A stretch of 64,000 nt of DNA. Source: Diplonema japonicum. Its lineage: Eukaryota > Protista > Euglenozoa: Diplonemea. A program made the translations under genes and the position numbers. Every line of letters begins with the position of its first letter. Position 1 is the first letter of the stretch. This document shows positions 58,144 to 64,000 of this stretch, in pieces. The notes below the pieces were generated by a model, which was not told the origin of the DNA, ran no database searches, and worked only from the letters and a program-made list of their open reading frames with translations. The stretch covers positions 124,001 through 188,000 of the forward strand of contig OZ025710.1 of assembly GCA_964019335.1 (NCBI GenBank), written 5' to 3'.

Positions 58144-58495
58144 CCATTCTTAAATGCTTCAAAAAGGGAGTGCAAAAAGAAAAAAAAGAAAGAAAAGAGG
58201 AAAAAAAAAAGTAAAGGGGTTAATATGATAAGGTTGACTCTCAAAGGGAGGGGGAGAGAAGCAAAAAAAAAAAAAAGTAGAGGAGTAAAAATGAGATATC
58301 TTCACAAGATTTTTATTTATCTCTCTCTTTTTTAATTTTGCCTCCCCCTCCCTAAAAAAAAAGAAAACCCTTGTGAACCCTGAGAAGAAAAAAAAGGGGG
58401 GAGAAAAAAACCAACACACAGCCCCCCCTTTTTTTTTCGTGTAATAAAAAAAAATATTATTATTGCGTTAAAAAAAAAAAGTTTTTTTTTTTTTT

Positions 58496-58954
58496 CTAGT
58501 TTTTGGGACAATCACCGATTCCGTTCTCAGTGCACTCGCAGCGTTTAAATGTGTGACGCGCGAAGCAAATATTGCACTGGGTGGAGGACCCAGCGTGAGG
58601 GCAGAGGCTGTGTGACTGTGTGTACAGGGAAAGGGTGGTGTTGAAGTAAGTGAATTCGTCCATGTGGTCAGCACATGAACCGTGCTTCTCCCACTCATGC
58701 TTCCAGAAAGTGGTGTCGGACCCCATGTCAGAGGGCCAGTCCTTCGTCAGCTGAGGCAAGATAGGGGTAATGGCAGCTTCGTTCCACGTAACATTCCTGC
58801 AAAACCCGCTTGACGTCCACTCAGGCCACAGTCCGTGAATCGTCCATTGCGGGCTTTCCTTCTGCATCCGCAGCCTGTAGTAGTCCCCCATCCAAGACTG
58901 GGCCGTTGCCGTGGCGGCACACATCAGTACTCCAATAATAATGAGTTTCTGCAT
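58496..58954 (-). CDS. Secreted ribonuclease T2 family protein (short, 152 aa)
   Basis: Signal peptide; CAS I WTIHGLWP; CAS II FWKHEWEKHGSC. Confidence 0.92.
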   Translation of the reverse strand: MQKLIIIGVLMCAATATAQSWMGDYYRLRMQKESPQWTIHGLWPEWTSSGFCRNVTWNEAAITPILPQLTKDWPSDMGSDTTFWKHEWEKHGSCADHMDEFTYFNTTLSLYTQSHSLCPHAGSSTQCNICFARHTFKRCECTENGIGDCPKN

Positions 58955-58958
58955 TTAG

Positions 58959-58990
<32 letters not shown>

Positions 58991-59456
58991 CCCCTTTGCT
59001 ATTTTTTATGGCTTGGTAAAAGAAGAAGAAAAAAAAAATTTTTTTTTATATTTAATTCGATACTACTAGGGGACAGTTTTGGAGGGAGGGAGTGGGATGT
59101 TGTTCTTTTTTTTTTTTTTTGGTTTGGACAATGAGACTTAATATCTTCTTTTTAATTGCCTTGTTCTCATTTTTTTTTCCCTTTGGTTTTCTTTCTTTTT
59201 CTTTCTTTTTTTCTTTTATCCCCCCCCCATTCTTACCTGCGGATTCAAAATAACAGGAGAGAAAAAAAAAAAAACTTGTAGGAGTATAGGAAGATGTAAA
59301 CAAAGGACAAAAAGAAAGAACGAACAAAATTCTAGTTCAAAAAAAAAAACGCAAAATTCATCTTTCGTACGTCCACCCCCCACCCCCGTCTCATCTTGAA
59401 AAGTAACGAGGAGGGAGGGAACCACATTAAATAACGCATCTCGTTGGGGAATAATG

Positions 59457-59504
<48 letters not shown>

Positions 59505-59767
59505 ATTCTACTCCCGTTTCGACTTGCCAAGCCGTTCCCACGAAGGTGGGATGGAAGTGCTTTGAGCCGCTTTACCTTGGTTGGCCCTGGCAACTCGTGA
59601 CCCTCGAGGACTCGTTGGGGGGGGGGGGGATAATAGTTTTCTTATAAACAAAACAATACTGTCGCGGACTCAAAAAAAATCTCTATTTCTAAGCATGTTT
59701 TACTCGATCACGGTGAAGGGAAACCCTGACCTAGATTGTAATTTTTTTTTTTTTTTTTTTTTTTTGC

Positions 59768-62458
59768 TTATTTATAGTAACTGCCTTTATAGGTACTAGG
59801 AACAGTGCTGTACAGCGTGCGATGGGTAAGCGCGCCTGAAAACTCCCCGTCAGGATTGTCGCAATCAGGGTTTTCCTCGAAGGAACATTCCCTCCGTCTG
59901 TTCTGCGGGCTGTAGAAGGACATGCTGGCAAGCGTTCGAGACGCCCCCTGAACAATCCTTGAAGAGAGGAACTTCAAGAACCTTTCCTTGTACTTACTAG
60001 GCCGCACACAGGACACCCCGTTCGTGTTGTTGATGTACAGCATTGACTTGGCGAACGTCTCCAGCTTCTTGAATGCATTGTAATCGGTTGTGATGTCGAT
60101 AATCCCAACGTAGTAAATCTCCATCCGATTGCAAGATGGGAACCCACCATGGAAGCCCCTCAGAATATTACCCGGATCGATGGCCCCTGCAATGGGGACA
60201 GGGCTTTTATGCACCCCTAACAATAAACTGTAATCGATGACATTGCTCGAATTCAACATTTCAGCGTCCGACGACAGCTGTCTCATGACTGCACGGTGTA
60301 CCTCGGCGTCTACGAGCAGGGTTCGCGTCAGGTCTAGATCCTTCAAAGCAAGACCCTTCACCCTCTTTTCAGGTGGTGTGTACCTATGAACAGACGATCC
60401 TTTTAAATCGTACGAAACGTGGATTTCCTTAAACGGCAGGAAAATATTTTGCATGACTGCGAATACCATTTTCTGGTCGCCGTACTGCAGCTCGTGGAGA
60501 CCGTAGAAACGTGTCAAAAGCGAGTCCGGGTTCTCAGATATCTGTTTGTGGTAGAACGGGAGGATGGACAGAACGGTCGTCGCGTCGCTTTGATCCAGCG
60601 TTTTGATGATAAATTTTGTGTCGTGCGATCGGAAAAAAAACGACCCGGAACGCCCCGAGCTCGCCATTTGGTGCAACGATGTCATAGCACCGCTTAACAT
60701 GGCTACTTGAAGCTGTGTGATGCCGAGGGACTCACTGTAACCTTCTATAGAAACTCCAGAGAGTTTTTGGATATCGTCGAAGACCTCTGGACAGTAGTCG
60801 GTGAAGAAAACACGGGAGTTTGCTGCGTTGCACTGAACACCGTTTGGTACGCTGTCGGGTCTTGCTGGTTTTGGGGGTTGGTCGACTTCTCTGACGATAG
60901 CTCCGAGCTCCCATACTTTTTTTGTTTCAAACGCTTTCTTCGTCAGTCCAAACTGTCTTGTCTTCCGCCGCTCTTCACGATGTGTAATACACTGTTGTAT
61001 ACCTGATAATATACATGTTACCATCAACCATTGCCCGTCGCCGAAAACCACTTGCGCGCCGGATGTGCTTCCCCCCGGGATGGACGGGGGCGACCAATCG
61101 ATTGCAGAACTAAACTCGTTGTTCTCTATCATCGCCTGTCTGAATTCCTCCACAGAAACTTGTTCGTCGCCGTTTTCATCGATACTTCTAAACAGTTTTT
61201 GACAATACTTCGGAAGAGACATGTTTTCGGGTGTTTTTAAAGGTGAAATCGACGCGAGAAGCGACATGCTGTGGATAAAGCTCTGCAGCGTGATGAACCC
61301 GGTCCCCTCCACATCGAAAATGCGGTGTTGGTACTGCAGGCGGTCGTCTCTCGAGCCCAGGCGTAGCACGCGGCATCCGAACAAATATTCCGGGAATGAA
61401 ATCCGTCCGTCTCCGTTCGCATCGAATACCCGAAAAACAGCCTTAGTAACCTCAACATGAAAAGCTGGCCCCAGAGAATCCATAAATTCCGGTTCACATA
61501 TAAACCCATTGTTATCATTGTCGATCGCTTGAAATGTTTGCAGAAGAAGCATAACTTCTGACGCGTCATGGCAGTTTGTGTCGGGGACTTCTTGGCCTGT
61601 GCTGAGGTCTAATATGTCAGGTAACCACACGGACCTCATAGGGTCCTTGTGGTGCGTGCGTTGCAGTAAGGAGAGCGTGACTAGTGAATTGCAATTCACT
61701 GCCCACACCAGGTTCAGCTCGCGTTCAACATCGGAGTTAACCACACCAGAGAAGTCGGAGAAGGAGTGGATTTGATCCTCGGATCCCTTCAGCAACATCC
61801 AGATCTCCATCTTTGAGAGGTTTCTCCTCAACATCAACACCGTGTCCAGGCTCACCTTTAAGAGAAGCTTTCCTTTGTCGGACACAAAACTGAGATCGAT
61901 ATCATGATCTGTCAGTTCGATTTTCAACGTTCCCGAAGATGGTTGCAAGCCCGTTACTGATAGGCTGCATTGATACGATAAAGGGAGTACCGAGATGGCG
62001 CCTGCAACGTCTTTCAGTTTTGAACATTGGAGGTATACGGATTCACGTTTTGAGAGCTTTCCTCTGTGGTATCTCCAGAGGAATGTTACGGCTTTTCCAA
62101 GCTGGGCGCCGAGCGAGCCGGGGATGACGAGGGAGATGGGGTTGGGAGGGTCGCGTGACGTGTGGATCTCGATCTTTGCGTTCTTCACGGGGTCGGCCTT
62201 GAAGCTTCCCTTGACAAAGCATGTTTGTTCCCTGCGAACCACCCTCGTGATCTTCTTGACCTCTGCTGACTCGACCGACCCGTCTTCTAGCGTGATGGCG
62301 AGGCCCAAGCGGAACAACCAACACTTACACTTCCTCTCTCCCCCGTCCTGCCCCACCCGAATCCCGTCGATCCCGTTCCCATTATTCCACAGCGCTCCTA
62401 TAAAAATCTCATCCGGGCTGACCCCGAACCTCTCGCGGACCTGCGCTTCATTTTCCAT
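59768..62458 (-). CDS. Phosphatidylinositol-phosphate 5-kinase with EF-hands
   Basis: EF loops DNDNNGFI, DANGDGRISF, DVEGTGFI, DENGDEQVS; kinase motifs GRSGSFF, FIIKT, YDLKGS, LKDLD, DYSLLLGVH, GIIDI. Confidence 0.92.
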   Translation of the reverse strand: MENEAQVRERFGVSPDEIFIGALWNNGNGIDGIRVGQDGGERKCKCWLFRLGLAITLEDGSVESAEVKKITRVVRREQTCFVKGSFKADPVKNAKIEIHTSRDPPNPISLVIPGSLGAQLGKAVTFLWRYHRGKLSKRESVYLQCSKLKDVAGAISVLPLSYQCSLSVTGLQPSSGTLKIELTDHDIDLSFVSDKGKLLLKVSLDTVLMLRRNLSKMEIWMLLKGSEDQIHSFSDFSGVVNSDVERELNLVWAVNCNSLVTLSLLQRTHHKDPMRSVWLPDILDLSTGQEVPDTNCHDASEVMLLLQTFQAIDNDNNGFICEPEFMDSLGPAFHVEVTKAVFRVFDANGDGRISFPEYLFGCRVLRLGSRDDRLQYQHRIFDVEGTGFITLQSFIHSMSLLASISPLKTPENMSLPKYCQKLFRSIDENGDEQVSVEEFRQAMIENNEFSSAIDWSPPSIPGGSTSGAQVVFGDGQWLMVTCILSGIQQCITHREERRKTRQFGLTKKAFETKKVWELGAIVREVDQPPKPARPDSVPNGVQCNAANSRVFFTDYCPEVFDDIQKLSGVSIEGYSESLGITQLQVAMLSGAMTSLHQMASSGRSGSFFFRSHDTKFIIKTLDQSDATTVLSILPFYHKQISENPDSLLTRFYGLHELQYGDQKMVFAVMQNIFLPFKEIHVSYDLKGSSVHRYTPPEKRVKGLALKDLDLTRTLLVDAEVHRAVMRQLSSDAEMLNSSNVIDYSLLLGVHKSPVPIAGAIDPGNILRGFHGGFPSCNRMEIYYVGIIDITTDYNAFKKLETFAKSMLYINNTNGVSCVRPSKYKERFLKFLSSRIVQGASRTLASMSFYSPQNRRRECSFEENPDCDNPDGEFSGALTHRTLYSTVPSTYKGSYYK

Positions 62459-62563
62459 GTGGCATTTTTTTTTTTTTTTTTTTTTTTTTCTTGGGAAAGG
62501 TTTTTTTTTGTGTACATATAAAAAAAAAATTTTTTTTTAAAAGTTCAACTATCGTAGAAAGGC

Positions 62564-62995
62564 TCAGTTACGGCCGAAGTGGCTGAGGATCATGTCGAGG
62601 GCCTTGGACTTCTCACCGTAGTCGGTCACGGCGACGCACGAGGCACCGATGACCTTCTTGATGTTGGCGGCCTGGTCGTACTTGGCAAGGCCAACCCACT
62701 CACCGAGCTTCTTCTTCTCGGGGACCTTGATGAGGTCGATACCGTGCTCAGTGCAGAGGGCCTCGATCAGGGCAGTGTAGGCACCCTCGTTACAGTCCTC
62801 GGCAAGAACGCACAAGTGCGCCACACGCTTGTCAAGGGCCTTGACGGTCTCGTGGAGACCCCTGCACAGACCCTTGTGGAACCTGGCCCTCTTCAGAACC
62901 TGCTGAAGGGCGGCGTTCATGTCCTCCGGCTCCTCATCCTCCTCAACGGGGGTCTCCTCGACCTCAACCTCCTGGACAATGTCTTCGTCGGCCAT
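62564..62995 (-). CDS. RPS12: 40S ribosomal protein S12 (eS12)
   Basis: GLCRGLHETVKALD..AHLCVLAEDC...LGEWVGL...SCV. Confidence 0.96.
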   Translation of the reverse strand: MADEDIVQEVEVEETPVEEDEEPEDMNAALQQVLKRARFHKGLCRGLHETVKALDKRVAHLCVLAEDCNEGAYTALIEALCTEHGIDLIKVPEKKKLGEWVGLAKYDQAANIKKVIGASCVAVTDYGEKSKALDMILSHFGRN

Positions 62996-63170
62996 GTTGA
63001 TAGTTATTTTTTACTTGATATCTGAGTGTATGATGTGGGGGGGGGGGTATTTTGTTTTAAACAACAGGGGGGGGGTAAAAAAGTTTTTTTTTCTTCTTTG
63101 ACTATAAAAATAAAGGGGAATCTTGATATGGATACTTTAAAAAGAGAACATGAACTCCGTCTTTCGATTC

Positions 63171-63329
63171 TCAGTACCCGTACTGGGCGAGCAGCTTGGC
63201 CTGCTTGGGGAGCTCCTTCGACGCCTCAGACTTGGCCTCAGCCCACATCTTGTCGGTGGCCTTCTTGGACTCGAAGTACTTGGCACCACGGACCTTGCGC
63301 TCCTCCTCAAGCTTGGCGACGTCGGCCTG

Positions 63330-63364
<35 letters not shown>

Positions 63365-63901
63365 CCCACACACCTGGTGCTTCCACCCGAGCTCGTGGGA
63401 CAGACGTCCGAGCCTGCAGTACTTCCTGTTGGGGGCAAGACGGAGCACCCTAAGGGCCTGGGGGCACACAACCCTCTTCACACGCTCCATGTTCTTGGGG
63501 ACACCCTCGAAGCACACAAGGCGCTTCAAGGCGGCCCTCCCGCGCTTCTGGTGGTTGCGCTCGTTCTTAGTGATCATCCCACGGATCTGTGAGGTGGGGG
63601 GATTAGATGAGGTAAAAAAAAAAAAACATACAACACGGGTGATCATGGCCGAGGGGGCACGGTGGTGGAAGGGACCCTTCCCGGGGTTGGTGAGGGTGCG
63701 CTTCCTCAGGAAGTCAAGCATCTTCAGCTTGTTACGGATGTGGGTCCCGGAGATGTTGGTTTCCTCGCACCTCACAAGGGTCACCTTCTCGCCGTTCTGG
63801 AGCTTCTTGGCCACAATACCGCAGATACGACCCATCAAGTGTCCCTTCATGTCCACGCAGGTCGCCTTCGCCTTCTTCTCGGTGATGGTGTGCTTACCCA
63901 T
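63171..63901 (-). CDS. RPL13A: 60S ribosomal protein L13a (uL13); 3 exons
   Basis: GHLMGR...VAK.L..G, NP.KGPFHHRAPS, RG.AAL.RL..FEGVP. Introns 63587-63631 and 63327-63373. Confidence 0.96.
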
Positions 63902-64000
63902 TTTTTTATATTTTTTTAAAGTATACAAACGATAAGTTCTGTTGAAAAACTCAATTAAGAAGGAGCAACAGCACAAAAAAGAAAAAAAAAAAATTACTCA

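Noticed and set aside
59510-59615. Hammerhead-like GAAAC after a stem on the minus strand
   Set aside because: The core reads GTCACGA rather than CTGANGA, and stems I and III do not form.
342-59955. Many 60-220 aa ORFs rich in poly-K/F/G/P, and plus-strand ORFs overlapping genes
   Set aside because: They are translations of homopolymer spacers or antisense shadows of real minus-strand CDSs.
1219-63631. Non-canonical (euglenid/eupelagonemid-type) introns or an alternative genetic code
   Set aside because: Every intron I modelled has GT-AG ends, and conserved proteins translate cleanly with all three standard stops.

Overview
Eukaryotic genomic DNA from a euglenozoan, most likely a diplonemid. 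The basis is a kinetoplastid-type COX VI, a CCCH protein, a leishmanolysin domain, one unbroken same-strand gene array and cis-introns. All ~29 protein genes lie on the minus strand, as expected for a polycistronic, trans-spliced cluster. They are separated by homopolymer-rich spacers and interrupted by 30 tiny (35-82 nt) GT-AG introns that are mostly poly(A)-cored, lack a polypyrimidine tract and are biased to the 3' part of the CDS. Recognisable genes: ABCD transporter (partial), COX VI, UBA-PUB protein, a 2192-aa leishmanolysin/polycystin-like chimera, two RPS27 copies, a SAM methyltransferase, BBOF1-like, tektin-like, LRRC56, OFCC1-like, CCCH zinc-finger protein, SNF2 ATPase, GRIP golgin, DCAF13, TM9SF, RNase T2, EF-hand PIP5K, RPS12 and RPL13A. 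Non-coding highlights: (i) an HDV-like ribozyme fold (18730-18823, minus) heading a ~270-nt structured GC-rich island inside the gene array; (ii) an 887-bp piggyBac-type TIR element carrying tRNA-like Pol III cassettes antisense to the genes; (iii) a decayed piggyBac inside an intron of the CCCH gene; (iv) two further TIR/MITE-like elements. All calls come from reading the sequence and recalled family motifs; no searches or folding programs were run.
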